Shown here piece after piece: positions 28,930 to 38,307 of a DNA stretch of 64,000 nt (position 1 is its first letter; each line of letters opens with the position of its first letter). The stretch spans positions 1,632,001 through 1,696,000 of the forward strand of contig CBDFLE010000006.1 in the NCBI GenBank assembly GCA_965248925.1. Direction: 5' to 3'. The position numbers and the translations under genes were made by a program. The notes beneath the pieces were generated by a model. The model saw only the letters and a list, made by a program, of their open reading frames with translations, searched no databases and was not told the origin of the DNA. Origin of the DNA: Candidatus Multivoradales bacterium. Lineage in GTDB: Bacteria; Acidobacteriota; Thermoanaerobaculia; Multivoradales; J023.

Positions 28930-29961
28930 CTAGGCATCAATGCTACCTCGCTGGACGAGTTCTTCGCGGCGCCAGGCTCGCGCCTCGGCATGCGCAGTCA
29001 CGGCATAGACAGAGGCATAGCCGGCCTGCAACTGCTGACCGTCGATCAGACCGGCAAGATAAGCGGTCTCGAAACGTCGCCTGGCAGTGGCATAGCGCCG
29101 CCGACGGCGGCGGGATAGCAGCAGCCGGTCGCCGAAGATCCGAAAGCCGAGCAGCGGCAGACCGCGGCAGCTTGGTTGGACCTGCCAGTGTGGCTTGATC
29201 GTCAGGTGCAGAGCCTGATCTGCATGTGCCACGGCCTGCTGAGCCGCCGCCCGCACAACGGCTGGGCTGTTCCCCCAGATCGCCACATCGTCCATGTATC
29301 GCACCATCGCAACACCTTGCCCCTCCAACAGAAGGCGATCGAGGCTTGCCAAGTAGAGGTTGGCGAAGTGCTGCGAAGTCAGCGCGCCGATGGGCAACCC
29401 TCGAAGCCCTTCTCTGGATCCTTGGTCAGTCGCCGGAGATAGATAGCTGGCGATGATCCGGTCGATCAAGTGCAGCGTTGCCGCACCCTTGATACGCCGC
29501 CTGAGCTGGGAGCGCAAGATAGCATGATCGATACTGGCAAAGTAGGCTCGCACGTCGAGCTTGACGAACCAACCATAGCGAGCCGTATGACACTGCGCCC
29601 GCTTTACAGCTGCCAGCGTACCCTTGCCCAGCCGGCAGGCAAATGTATCGTCCACCAGCAGTCGTTCGAGTACCGGGCCTACCCGGGCCATGAGCGCATG
29701 GTGAAGCACTCGCTCGCGAAAACAAGGCGCCTGGATAACTCGCCGCTTGGGATCATGAATGGTGAACGAACGCCTCGATCCGACCCGGACCCGTTGCTCT
29801 AGTATTTCGCGCCCGAGACGTGCCAGCTCTGACAGAAGATTCGCCTCGAAGGCCCGAACCTCCGGCTGCTGGCGCTTGCCCTTGGCGGCACGCCAAAACG
29901 CTGCACCGAGGTGTTCTAGCGAGGCAACATCCTCTAGTTGCACCAGCGCCCGCTTAGTCAT
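28930..29961 (-). CDS. DGR reverse transcriptase
   Basis: HDPKRRVIQAPCFRERVLHHAL, KLDVRAYFASIDH, GLPIGALTSQHFANLYL, RYMDD. Confidence 0.95.
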   Translation of the reverse strand: MTKRALVQLEDVASLEHLGAAFWRAAKGKRQQPEVRAFEANLLSELARLGREILEQRVRVGSRRSFTIHDPKRRVIQAPCFRERVLHHALMARVGPVLERLLVDDTFACRLGKGTLAAVKRAQCHTARYGWFVKLDVRAYFASIDHAILRSQLRRRIKGAATLHLIDRIIASYLSPATDQGSREGLRGLPIGALTSQHFANLYLASLDRLLLEGQGVAMVRYMDDVAIWGNSPAVVRAAAQQAVAHADQALHLTIKPHWQVQPSCRGLPLLGFRIFGDRLLLSRRRRRRYATARRRFETAYLAGLIDGQQLQAGYASVYAVTAHAEARAWRREELVQRGSIDA

Positions 29962-30430
29962 GCCGCCCCTCCTGGTCCGCGGCTGAATTCCAGGCGGCAC
30001 GCAGAGCCTCCACGAACGCGGCACCGTATTTCTCAGCCCGTTTGGCGCCCACTCCTGCCAATGCTTCCAGCTCACTGGGGGTCTGCATTCGCTGGCGCAC
30101 CATGGCAGCCAACTGCGCATTAGTGAAGACAGAATAGGGTGGTACGCCGTCTCGCTGCGCAAGCTCCTTACGGAGCTTTCTCAGCTCGGCAAAGACAGTG
30201 AAATCTGCGCTCGACAACACTTCTCTATAGTCGATCTTCCCTTTTCTGATCGCCGGAATTGCTGCTGAACTCTCCTGATAATTGATGCATAACGCCCAGA
30301 AAGCAGCCCCATCGCCCACTACTAGATGGCGCTTGACCGACAGCACCCGATGGCTGCCGAGAAAGGCATTCAGCTCCGCCTCGGCGGTATCGGGAGCGAG
30401 CGCCGGCACCCCGAAGAATTTCATCTTCAT
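29954..30430 (-). CDS. HRDC-domain DGR accessory protein
   Basis: AELNAFLGSHRVLSV; LRKLRKELAQRDGVPPYSVFTNAQL...GVGAKRAEKYG; sits between target 2 and the RT, where Avd usually lies. Confidence 0.88.
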   Translation of the reverse strand: MKMKFFGVPALAPDTAEAELNAFLGSHRVLSVKRHLVVGDGAAFWALCINYQESSAAIPAIRKGKIDYREVLSSADFTVFAELRKLRKELAQRDGVPPYSVFTNAQLAAMVRQRMQTPSELEALAGVGAKRAEKYGAAFVEALRAAWNSAADQEGRHD

Positions 30431-33081
30431 TTTTCCGCGGCCTCCGGCCGCGAAGGGTCGCGAAACGTACTCGCCCCTGGAATCTCTGCATCCGGAGGGC
30501 GCTCCGCGCCCGCGGGCTCCGCCCGCTCTGCTTGCGGCTCCGCCGCCTTGAGCGCACCCTGACCTAGAGCAAGGCGGAAGCCCAAGTAGCCGCTGCGGAG
30601 CGACGGGAGCCTGAAGCGGCGGTAAGCCGCACGCACGCCGCGTGCGAAGTCGTACCACGCACCCCCGCGGATGACCCGGCCGGCGCCTTCTCGTGGAACT
30701 CCGTAGCTAGCGCTCCAATGATCCTGACACCACTCTTCGACATTCCCTAACATGTCGAACAGTCCCCAGGGATTCGGAGGCTTCTCAGCAACTGGATGGG
30801 TCTCTCCCCCGCTATTGTGGTGGTACCAGGCGACTTTCTCGATTTCTGGTGCTCTACCTTCCTCATCGATTGTCAGCCCACCCTGGTAGGTTGCCGTCTC
30901 GGTGCCCGCGCGACAGGCGTACTCCCACTCGACTTCCAGAGGAAAGCGACATTCGAGGCCGGGATTCTGTTCGTGCAGCGTCTTGAAGAAGCTGTCGCAA
31001 TCTTCCCAGCTGATCTTCTCTACGGGGCGGTCGTCCGCGGGGAAGTTGCTTGGATTGTTGCCCATAACAACTTGCCACAGACGTTGGGTGCAGGGGGTAT
31101 CGGCCAACCAGAACCCGCGCCGGATCACTTCGAGATGGCGGGGCCCCTCATCGTCCCAACGACCGGGCTCATCTTCGGGAGACCCCATCCAATAGCGCCC
31201 TGGCGGAATCCAGCGCAGGCGTTGACTGACTCCCTTGACTTCGAATGAAGCCCACAGACCGAAGCGATCCCGGCCCATGGCACTCGCCCAAGGGGGACGG
31301 GTGACCTGGTGGAGGGTGGCCTCGGTGCGATCGGTGCGGAGGATCACAGCCGGTGCCGAAGGCAGAAGAATCTCAGTGGACTCTGAGAGCAGCACCGGCA
31401 CCGGTACGGCCTCGGGCTCGGCGCCCCCGACCACGCGGTCGACACTGTCAACCGCCGTCAAGAAGCTGCCAGGGGGAACCGTTCTGAGAGCCGGCGCAAA
31501 GCGAATCGACTGACAGTAGTGAAAGACCTGCCAGCGTTGCAGGCGACCCTGAGAATCACTAGGAGGAATCCGATCCGAACCTTCAGAAGTCGAGGCTTCG
31601 GCATCCCCCGTCGCCCTCCAGGCACGCCAGAGGTAGGGACGTAGCGATTCGTTCTGCCACAGGGAACTCGGATGCCGGTCGCGGAGCGCCCGGCCGGCGA
31701 AAGCACCTACCGCGTCGACTACCTCTTCGTCGGTGGCCCCGCCACCGTCGACGGTCTCAGCCACCCGGCGCCACAGCAAGTGGGCAGCACCGATCTCCGC
31801 CTCGCTGAGGGTGCCTGGCGGCAGCTCGGCTTCGCTGTCGAAGGCCAGGACCTCATCGAGCCAAATCTCCTTGGCCTTGCCTGCCCGCCACGCCCGCATA
31901 GTCTGCACCACGGCTGTCTTGAGGCGCGGCGCCAGGCGGCGAAACTTCTGCTGTAGCCGGGTTCTGAGCGGCCGCGCGAGGTCTGCTGAATCGGCCAGCC
32001 CTGGGTAGACTTCAGGATGCATCCACACATCGCCCTCGACTCCGAGGTCGCTGCTGGGTAGAAGCAGTCGCAGTGCCCGCAGCAACCCCGGCTCGATGTT
32101 GGAAGCAAAGGCCAGCAAGGTCAGCAAGTCCTCTGCACGCTGCTCGCGCAGGTCGGGGTTTTCGCTTTCGACCCGCCGCGAAGCAGCGGACGGGCGCGCC
32201 CAATCCACCGGCTGCCAGACCGCCATCGCCTTGAAGTCCCAGCGGCGTGCGGGACAGGGGACCAGGGCGGTACAGCGCACGCCGCGCCGCGCCAGGCGAT
32301 GGCCAATCGCCGCCCACTCGCCACGTTGCCGGGCGCCAGCCAAGCAGCCGAGGTCACCCAGCACCAGGAGTGGCACTCCGGCCAAGGCCGGCGGCCTGGC
32401 ACTGCGTTCTTCACCCCACTGCCAAGGCCGCTGCTCGTCTTCGTAGAAAACAACCTGCTCAATCCGCCGCCGGCCAAGCAGCGCTCGCAGCATCCTCAGC
32501 ACGCGATCCTGATCCTCCCAAAAAGGCAGTAAGCGGAGGCTGCGGTCGACCATCAGCATAACTCTGGGGGACCAGGCGCGCAGAGTGCGGTAAGGCAGGC
32601 GGTCGGGAAGCCCACCCCGGCTGGTGTGCTCGATGTAGGCGTCGACATCCAGCTCGCGACTGACCAGAGTGGTGGCGAGCGCGCGTTGCAAGCGCGGCCA
32701 CAGGCGGGCATCCGAGACGATCGGCGGAGCGGCTGGTGCCTCGCCCTGCCTGCGGCCCAGGCCCTCCCAACCGATCGGCTCTGCCTGCGCGCGGGGCTCG
32801 GCTTCGTCACTCGGATCGAGATCTCGGTAGGCGATCGATTCGAGTCGCCAGAAGGGGATCGCGGCAAGTGGCAGCTTCGCTGTGGACTCGTCAAGCTCTG
32901 GACGTTGCGAAAAATCTTGGCGAGCGGCGGACAGGCGATCCGGCAGATCAGCGTCGGCCGCAAACGTGACCGCGCGCCCGTAGCCAAGTCGCTTTGCCAT
33001 CATACTGAGGGCTTCATCGCCCTGCGCGTGGAAAGCTCTGAGTAGATCAGCCCGGCCGGTCCCGGCCGCCGGTATCGTCAT
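30427..33081 (-). CDS. DGR target 2: degenerate vWA-like N-terminus plus C-terminal FGE/CLec domain with VR
   Basis: ELDVDA...MLMVDRSLRLLPFWEDQ and LLVLGDLGCL (vWA-like); C-terminal FGE motifs PGRYWMGSP, NPWGLFDMLGNVEEWC, RVIRGGAW. Confidence 0.88.
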   Translation of the reverse strand: MTIPAAGTGRADLLRAFHAQGDEALSMMAKRLGYGRAVTFAADADLPDRLSAARQDFSQRPELDESTAKLPLAAIPFWRLESIAYRDLDPSDEAEPRAQAEPIGWEGLGRRQGEAPAAPPIVSDARLWPRLQRALATTLVSRELDVDAYIEHTSRGGLPDRLPYRTLRAWSPRVMLMVDRSLRLLPFWEDQDRVLRMLRALLGRRRIEQVVFYEDEQRPWQWGEERSARPPALAGVPLLVLGDLGCLAGARQRGEWAAIGHRLARRGVRCTALVPCPARRWDFKAMAVWQPVDWARPSAASRRVESENPDLREQRAEDLLTLLAFASNIEPGLLRALRLLLPSSDLGVEGDVWMHPEVYPGLADSADLARPLRTRLQQKFRRLAPRLKTAVVQTMRAWRAGKAKEIWLDEVLAFDSEAELPPGTLSEAEIGAAHLLWRRVAETVDGGGATDEEVVDAVGAFAGRALRDRHPSSLWQNESLRPYLWRAWRATGDAEASTSEGSDRIPPSDSQGRLQRWQVFHYCQSIRFAPALRTVPPGSFLTAVDSVDRVVGGAEPEAVPVPVLLSESTEILLPSAPAVILRTDRTEATLHQVTRPPWASAMGRDRFGLWASFEVKGVSQRLRWIPPGRYWMGSPEDEPGRWDDEGPRHLEVIRRGFWLADTPCTQRLWQVVMGNNPSNFPADDRPVEKISWEDCDSFFKTLHEQNPGLECRFPLEVEWEYACRAGTETATYQGGLTIDEEGRAPEIEKVAWYHHNSGGETHPVAEKPPNPWGLFDMLGNVEEWCQDHWSASYGVPREGAGRVIRGGAWYDFARGVRAAYRRFRLPSLRSGYLGFRLALGQGALKAAEPQAERAEPAGAERPPDAEIPGASTFRDPSRPEAAEK
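30564..30689 (-). repeat. DGR variable region VR2
   Basis: 126-bp copy of TR with 17 mismatches, all at TR adenines. Confidence 0.95.
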
Positions 33082-33112
33082 CGGCGAACCAAGCCGAGGA
33101 CCTCTCCCCGCC

Positions 33113-34081
33113 CTACCACCCGACTTCCTCATCCGGGTGCTTACGCAGGGCAAATGCCCTGATCTTGCCTAATGCCAGCTTCTGTGCCGCTGCGTCTCCC
33201 GCCCACCGGCTGGCGACCACTCGCAAGAGATCCAGATACTCAGCGCCTCCCGGTGGGCAAAGCCCGCGGCCCTCTACTGCCTCGCGGTCGTCAGCCACCA
33301 TCTCCGCAGCGCTCTGCAACACCTCTTCTGCGAGGTCACCAAAATGCGCCCGGCCACGGGCGACAAGACGCTCGATGAGTTCGAACCGCTTCTTGGGCCA
33401 CCTGAGCTGCAGCACCAGGCAGCGGCGGATGAAGGCATCGGGTAGGGTACGCTCCTCGTTGGTGGTGACCACCACCAACGGCGCCAGCGCCTCTACTGGC
33501 CTTGAGACCACCCTGCCATCCGGTAGCCGAAACTGGCCTTGTCCCAGGGCCTCCAGCAGGCCATTGGGCACCGCCGGATCGGCTTTGTCGATCTCGTCGA
33601 CCAACAGCACAGCACCATCGGCCCCCGTCCAACCTTCAGGAGTCCAGGGTTCGAGCCCACCGCCAAGGGTGGCCTGCTCCTTGGCACCCTCCCAGTCGAA
33701 AACCCACCACAAGGGACCTGGGGTGGTGAACCGCTTGGGGTCGAGCTGCGCCCGCGCCTCTTGCACCTCTCCCAGGTGGCTGATGATCTGCGCTTCGGCG
33801 AGCCTGGCCACCGCGTCGACGGAGTAGAGCAGATCGCGAGACTCAGTCCGCGCATCGACGGTGAAAGGGAGGAATGCCCGACCGAGCATTGCCGCGGCGG
33901 CGCGGGCCAGCTGGCTCTTGCCGACTCCCGGCTCGCCGCGCACCAAGAGCGGCCGCTGACAAGCCAAGGCCGCGTTGACAGCCTCGACCTGATCCGCCTC
34001 AAAGACATGCGCGGTCTGCGGCCAAGTATCGTAGGCGGCGATGGTCTCGGTGTGGGGTGGCTCGCATTCGAGATACTTCAC
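33113..34081 (-). CDS. MoxR-family AAA+ ATPase
   Basis: RPLLVRGEPGVGKSQLA, VLLVDEIDKAD, VVVTTNEERTLPDAFIRRC. Confidence 0.93.
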   Translation of the reverse strand: MKYLECEPPHTETIAAYDTWPQTAHVFEADQVEAVNAALACQRPLLVRGEPGVGKSQLARAAAAMLGRAFLPFTVDARTESRDLLYSVDAVARLAEAQIISHLGEVQEARAQLDPKRFTTPGPLWWVFDWEGAKEQATLGGGLEPWTPEGWTGADGAVLLVDEIDKADPAVPNGLLEALGQGQFRLPDGRVVSRPVEALAPLVVVTTNEERTLPDAFIRRCLVLQLRWPKKRFELIERLVARGRAHFGDLAEEVLQSAAEMVADDREAVEGRGLCPPGGAEYLDLLRVVASRWAGDAAAQKLALGKIRAFALRKHPDEEVGW

Positions 34082-35568
34082 TTCTTTTTCTTCCTCGCGT
34101 TGTAAGAGCGGAAGAGAATCGCCTGCAAGGACTCACAGGCGTCTCGTTCGGAGATCCGACTCTTCCCCGTCAGGTGGGTCAAACCAAGACTTGGCAAGCC
34201 AACTTCGACCCTCTTCAGAAATCCACGGCGCTGGTGGGCGAAGTCGTCGGTGAAGAGGAAGTAGCGCCGTGGCAGCTTGTAGCGCCCTACCTCCTTGGCC
34301 AGGCGCTGGTCCACATGTGGCAGAAGCTCCTCGAACCGCTCTGCCCGAGAAAGCTCTTCCAAATCCGCCGTGTCGATTTTCATCCATCGAGCCAACATGA
34401 GAACCCAGCGGAAGAACGCTTCTTGAGATCCGAAATCAAATCCAACCTCGCCCTTCCGCTGCGAGCGGGTGTCACCTTTTTGGAACTTGGCGGTAGGTTC
34501 GGGATAGTCATGCATCCCTACCACTGCTTTGAAGCTGTAAGACCGATTCTCAAGCGCTGCCATGGCGATCTCAGCCAAAGTGCTGGTCTCGACCGGTAGA
34601 CTCACCAGCTGTCCGCCGTCATTGCCAGGAAGAACAGACATCGAAGTTGCCCAATAGACTTCTGGCAAAACCCGCGCCAGGATCTGCTCGATAACCGCCG
34701 CCGCATTCTGCTCTTCCGCGTCACCCTCCATCATCCTCTGGTGGGCTCGATCAAACACTTCAAGAATCTCGCGCCAGGAAGGAGCGTCGCAAAGGGTCGC
34801 GGCGAGCTTGCTGTACCCATCCTCGCCGTTGAGCAGCTGTTGCCAGCTCTCGGGACCTTCCGTGGCGATGGCGCGAGCAGCTAAAGCATCTTGCTCCAAG
34901 AGCTTCCTGAGATCGGTCTCGATATCCCGTCGCCGCGACTGCCTATTCTCTTCAACCGTCCGCTCATAGCCGGCCTTGGACCGAAATTCCTCGTCTTGCC
35001 ACAGCAACGCCAAAGGCACAGCCTTCAGGCGACGCCCATCAAACGCCTCGAGGCCATCGGTAAGGATGCCCACCAGACGGCGATCACAGAACACTGGCGC
35101 CCCCGAAACACCGCTCCAATCGGTCACCTTCTGAGGCGCTGCCTCGATTGAGATCTCGAAACGACGGGTGGTGTCCGTATGCGCCATAGCCTTGCCCCAG
35201 AGGCTGACCATATTGTCAACCACACTCGGGCCGTTAGCTTCCGCAACCTCCGCCCAACCGCGAGTGCGCCACGGCCGATCTTCAGCCAGCCGCCCCGTCG
35301 CCACGATCTGTCGGGCCAACCGCTGCCCGGTCTTGACTTCCAAGATGGCTACGTCGAGATCATCCTCGCCACGCCAAACCACTCTGGCGCTCTGCTTCTG
35401 GACCTCACTAGCCGTCACCCTATCGAAACGAACCTCCACCGCCGCCGCACCATCCACGACATGCCGAGCCGTGATCACCCGATCTCCATGCAGCAAATAG
35501 CCCGTTCCCCCACTATGGGCGCCGGACTTGTCCTGGCAAATGATTTGCACGAAGCGGTGCAGGTCCAT
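34078..35568 (-). CDS. Trypsin-like serine protease domain plus uncharacterised C-terminal domain
   Basis: Catalytic triad motifs ITARHVV, DLDVAIL, WSGVSGAPV. Confidence 0.85.
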   Translation of the reverse strand: MDLHRFVQIICQDKSGAHSGGTGYLLHGDRVITARHVVDGAAAVEVRFDRVTASEVQKQSARVVWRGEDDLDVAILEVKTGQRLARQIVATGRLAEDRPWRTRGWAEVAEANGPSVVDNMVSLWGKAMAHTDTTRRFEISIEAAPQKVTDWSGVSGAPVFCDRRLVGILTDGLEAFDGRRLKAVPLALLWQDEEFRSKAGYERTVEENRQSRRRDIETDLRKLLEQDALAARAIATEGPESWQQLLNGEDGYSKLAATLCDAPSWREILEVFDRAHQRMMEGDAEEQNAAAVIEQILARVLPEVYWATSMSVLPGNDGGQLVSLPVETSTLAEIAMAALENRSYSFKAVVGMHDYPEPTAKFQKGDTRSQRKGEVGFDFGSQEAFFRWVLMLARWMKIDTADLEELSRAERFEELLPHVDQRLAKEVGRYKLPRRYFLFTDDFAHQRRGFLKRVEVGLPSLGLTHLTGKSRISERDACESLQAILFRSYNARKKKK

Positions 35569-35602
35569 CGCAGAACCGGCGTCGCCCTGCTGCACCGGCA
35601 CC

Positions 35603-35896
35603 TTAGAGTTCCCGTCCAAGCAGGGTCTTACCGCCCTGGGCATCGACCGGCCTTAGCTTGAGCACGATCTTCTGTGTCTGGCTATTCGCCGCCGAGCCGG
35701 CAACACCGGCCTCGGCCAACCAGAACTTGATCCCGGTCTTGCCTTCCACCTCCCGACTCACCGTCACTTGAGCCTCCACCGTGACCTCCAATGGCTCGAA
35801 CCGAATCCCCTGGCCACTGCCTTCGACCTTGGCAAAGGAGAGTTCTTCACGAAGTTGCTCGATCATCTCTGCGAGTGCGATTCGCTTTCCAGACAT
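35603..35896 (-). CDS. Trypsin-co-occurring (Trypco2) domain protein
   Basis: IALAEMIEQLREEL...IRFEPLEVTVEAQV...GIKFWLAEAG...TQKIVLKLRP; directly upstream of the trypsin gene. Confidence 0.85.
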   Translation of the reverse strand: MSGKRIALAEMIEQLREELSFAKVEGSGQGIRFEPLEVTVEAQVTVSREVEGKTGIKFWLAEAGVAGSAANSQTQKIVLKLRPVDAQGGKTLLGREL

Positions 35897-36025
35897 ATTC
35901 TAATCTCCCTGAATTTACTCCGCCGGCTACTACCGGACAGAACCGTTGTTGCAAATTCTATTGATCCCTACGGACAGAGAATAGCCTAACCTAGCGCAAG
36001 ACGCTAACCTTCAGTGATGCGATCA

Positions 36026-36054
36026 AAGACGGGCGCACAGCCGTGCGCCCCTAC
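36026..36054. repeat. GTAG-family REP-like palindrome
   Basis: AAGACGGGCGCACAGCCGTGCGCCCCTAC. Confidence 0.7.
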
Positions 36055-36129
36055 ACCGCATCGGTACTACCGAGAGGTGCAATCGCCATCTAGAACATCG
36101 CCGTCTCTTGGAGACAGGACGGTTCTAAC

Positions 36130-36582
36130 TCAGACATCTACGGGATCAATCGCCTTGATGCCAAGATCAGCGAAACGCCGGAAGTCGCTGGTGTTGAAGG
36201 TCAAAATGGTATTAACCTGGTTGCTGAGCATGACCGCGACGAGTCGGGCATCGTGAACCTGTACTCCCGAAACGCCGAAGCGAAGGACGAGATCTCGCCA
36301 GTATTCATAGGTGTCGAGCGTCTCGTGTAGACGGGGGAAGGCAATCTCGAGACGTCGCAGCATCTGGTCCGCGGCGGCAGGTGTTTGCCCAAAGCCATTG
36401 GCTCTTGCCGGTCGTGTCGCTACATTCCAAAACTCGATGAAGTTCTGGCCCGCAGCAAACAAGTCGCTCCCTCGCGAGCCGACTGATTCGATGGCCCGGA
36501 GCGCGGTGCCGTGCAAAGACTCTCGCGGCGCCGCTAGGCGCAACAATACGTTGGTGTCGACGAGGAGAGCCGAAGAGGCCAT
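36130..36582 (-). CDS. PIN-domain (VapC-like) toxin
   Basis: LLVDTNVLLR, QNFIEFWNVATRP, QVHDARLVAVM, ILTFNTSDF. Confidence 0.92.
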   Translation of the reverse strand: MASSALLVDTNVLLRLAAPRESLHGTALRAIESVGSRGSDLFAAGQNFIEFWNVATRPARANGFGQTPAAADQMLRRLEIAFPRLHETLDTYEYWRDLVLRFGVSGVQVHDARLVAVMLSNQVNTILTFNTSDFRRFADLGIKAIDPVDV

Positions 36583-36842
36583 CAAGGATGACTGTTGTAG
36601 ATGCCGTCGCGCGAGACAGCATCGTCAGAGAGGGTAGGCGCGTCTGAGAGGCTGGCAGCCAGCTCGCTGAGAATCGCCCGGCGTGCCTCTGGTGTCGGCT
36701 GAACACACCCCTTCAGTAACCTCTCCACCGTAGGCTCAACAGCCTGAACAAGCACTTGGCGCACCAGTGCTGCGTCATGGCGCAGAGCGCCCTCTTCGAG
36801 GCGGCGTTCCTGTTCGTTTGTGAGTTCGATGGTGAAAGTCAT
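36582..36842 (-). CDS. Putative antitoxin
   Basis: MTFTIELTNEQERRL...LSDDAVSRDGIY, upstream of the PIN gene. Confidence 0.78.
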   Translation of the reverse strand: MTFTIELTNEQERRLEEGALRHDAALVRQVLVQAVEPTVERLLKGCVQPTPEARRAILSELAASLSDAPTLSDDAVSRDGIYNSHP

Positions 36843-36903
36843 GGCGTGATCTCCGGTAGTCGCGCCAGAATACCATACTGACCACCGACCAACACTGCCC
36901 CAC

Positions 36904-38304
36904 CTAAATCTGCGTCGCCCGCCCATCGACCGCCAGCGCTGCCTGCTTGACCACCTCGGCCAAGGTCGGGTGGGCGTGGGCGGAGCGGGCGATGTCTTCG
37001 GCGCTGGCGCCGAACTCGACAGCGATGGCTAACTCGGCGATCAGATCACCGGCGCGGGGGCCGATGATGTGAGCGCCCAAAAGGCGGTCGGTGTCGGCGT
37101 GGGCGAGCAGCTTGACCATGCCACCGGTGTCGGCCAGGGCTCTGGCGCGACCGTTGGCCAGAAAAGGAAAGGTACCTTTGTTGTAGGGCACGCCGGCTGC
37201 TTTGAGTTCTTCTTCGGTCTTGCCCAGGAAGGCGATTTCGGGGTGGGTGTAAACAATGCTGGGGATGGCGTCGTAGTTCAGGTGGCCATGACCGGTGACG
37301 ATTCCTTCGACGCAAGCAACGCCCTCGTCTTCGGCTTTGTGGGCCAACATGGGACCGTGGATCACATCGCCGACGGCGTAGATCCCCTCGACGTTGCTGC
37401 GATAGTGACCGTCGACTTTGACCCGGCCACGCGGGTCGAGTTCGACGCCCGCGGCTTCGAGCCCCAAGCCCTCGGTGTAGGGCCGCCGGCCGATGGCTAG
37501 CAGCACCCGGTCGCAGGCCAGGGGGTCGCGGCCGTCAGCTTCGACGATGCAACCGTCGCCTTCGAGCCGCGCGCTGGTAACCCGGACGCCGAGCTGGAAG
37601 TCCATGCCCTGCTTTTTGAAAACCTTTTGCGCCTGTTTGGCAATCTCGGTATCTACTCCTGGCAAGATGCGGTCGAGATACTCCAACACCGTAACCTTGG
37701 CGCCCAGGCGAGCCCACACAGAGCCCAGTTCGAGACCGATCACGCCGGCTCCGATCACTACCAGGTGTGCTGGCACCTCGGGGTAGGCCAGGGCTTCGGT
37801 GCTGGTGCCGATGCGGTCGCCATCGAGCTCGACACCCGAGAGCGGGGTGACTTCGCTGCCGGTGGCGATCAGGATGTGCTCGGCTTCGAGACGCGCGCTG
37901 TCGGTGCCCTCGACGATCACCACTCCTTTGCCGTCGAGGCGGCCAGCGCCTTGGTAGCGGGTGATGCCGTTCTTTTTCAACAACCCGGCAACACCCTGAG
38001 TGAGGGCCTTCACCGTGCTGTCTTTGTGCCGCAGCATGGCTTTGAGATCGAGTTCGACGCCGCTGACTTTGACCCCGAAGCGCTTGAGATCTTTCTTGGT
38101 GGCGTGGTAACGCTCGCTGGCTTCGAGCAAGGCTTTGGAGGGGATGCAACCGACCCGCAAACAGGTGCCGCCCAACAGGGGTTCCTTTTCGATACAGGCA
38201 ACATCGAGGCCGAGCTGGGCGGCGCGAATGGCCGCCACGTAACCGCCGGGACCAGCGCCGATGACCACCAGGTCGTGGTGGCGACTGTCAACTTTCTCAG
38301 CCAT
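36904..38304 (-). CDS. lpdA: Dihydrolipoyl dehydrogenase (E3)
   Basis: GAGPGGYVAAIRAAQLG, GGTCLRVGCIPSK, HAHPTLAE. Confidence 0.97.
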   Translation of the reverse strand: MAEKVDSRHHDLVVIGAGPGGYVAAIRAAQLGLDVACIEKEPLLGGTCLRVGCIPSKALLEASERYHATKKDLKRFGVKVSGVELDLKAMLRHKDSTVKALTQGVAGLLKKNGITRYQGAGRLDGKGVVIVEGTDSARLEAEHILIATGSEVTPLSGVELDGDRIGTSTEALAYPEVPAHLVVIGAGVIGLELGSVWARLGAKVTVLEYLDRILPGVDTEIAKQAQKVFKKQGMDFQLGVRVTSARLEGDGCIVEADGRDPLACDRVLLAIGRRPYTEGLGLEAAGVELDPRGRVKVDGHYRSNVEGIYAVGDVIHGPMLAHKAEDEGVACVEGIVTGHGHLNYDAIPSIVYTHPEIAFLGKTEEELKAAGVPYNKGTFPFLANGRARALADTGGMVKLLAHADTDRLLGAHIIGPRAGDLIAELAIAVEFGASAEDIARSAHAHPTLAEVVKQAALAVDGRATQI

Positions 38305-38307
38305 GAC

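Noticed and set aside
28602-28991. 129-aa ORF resembling an FGE C-terminus (NRVIRGGAWNNNARN)
   Set aside because: It is the DGR template repeat read in frame; TR acts as RNA
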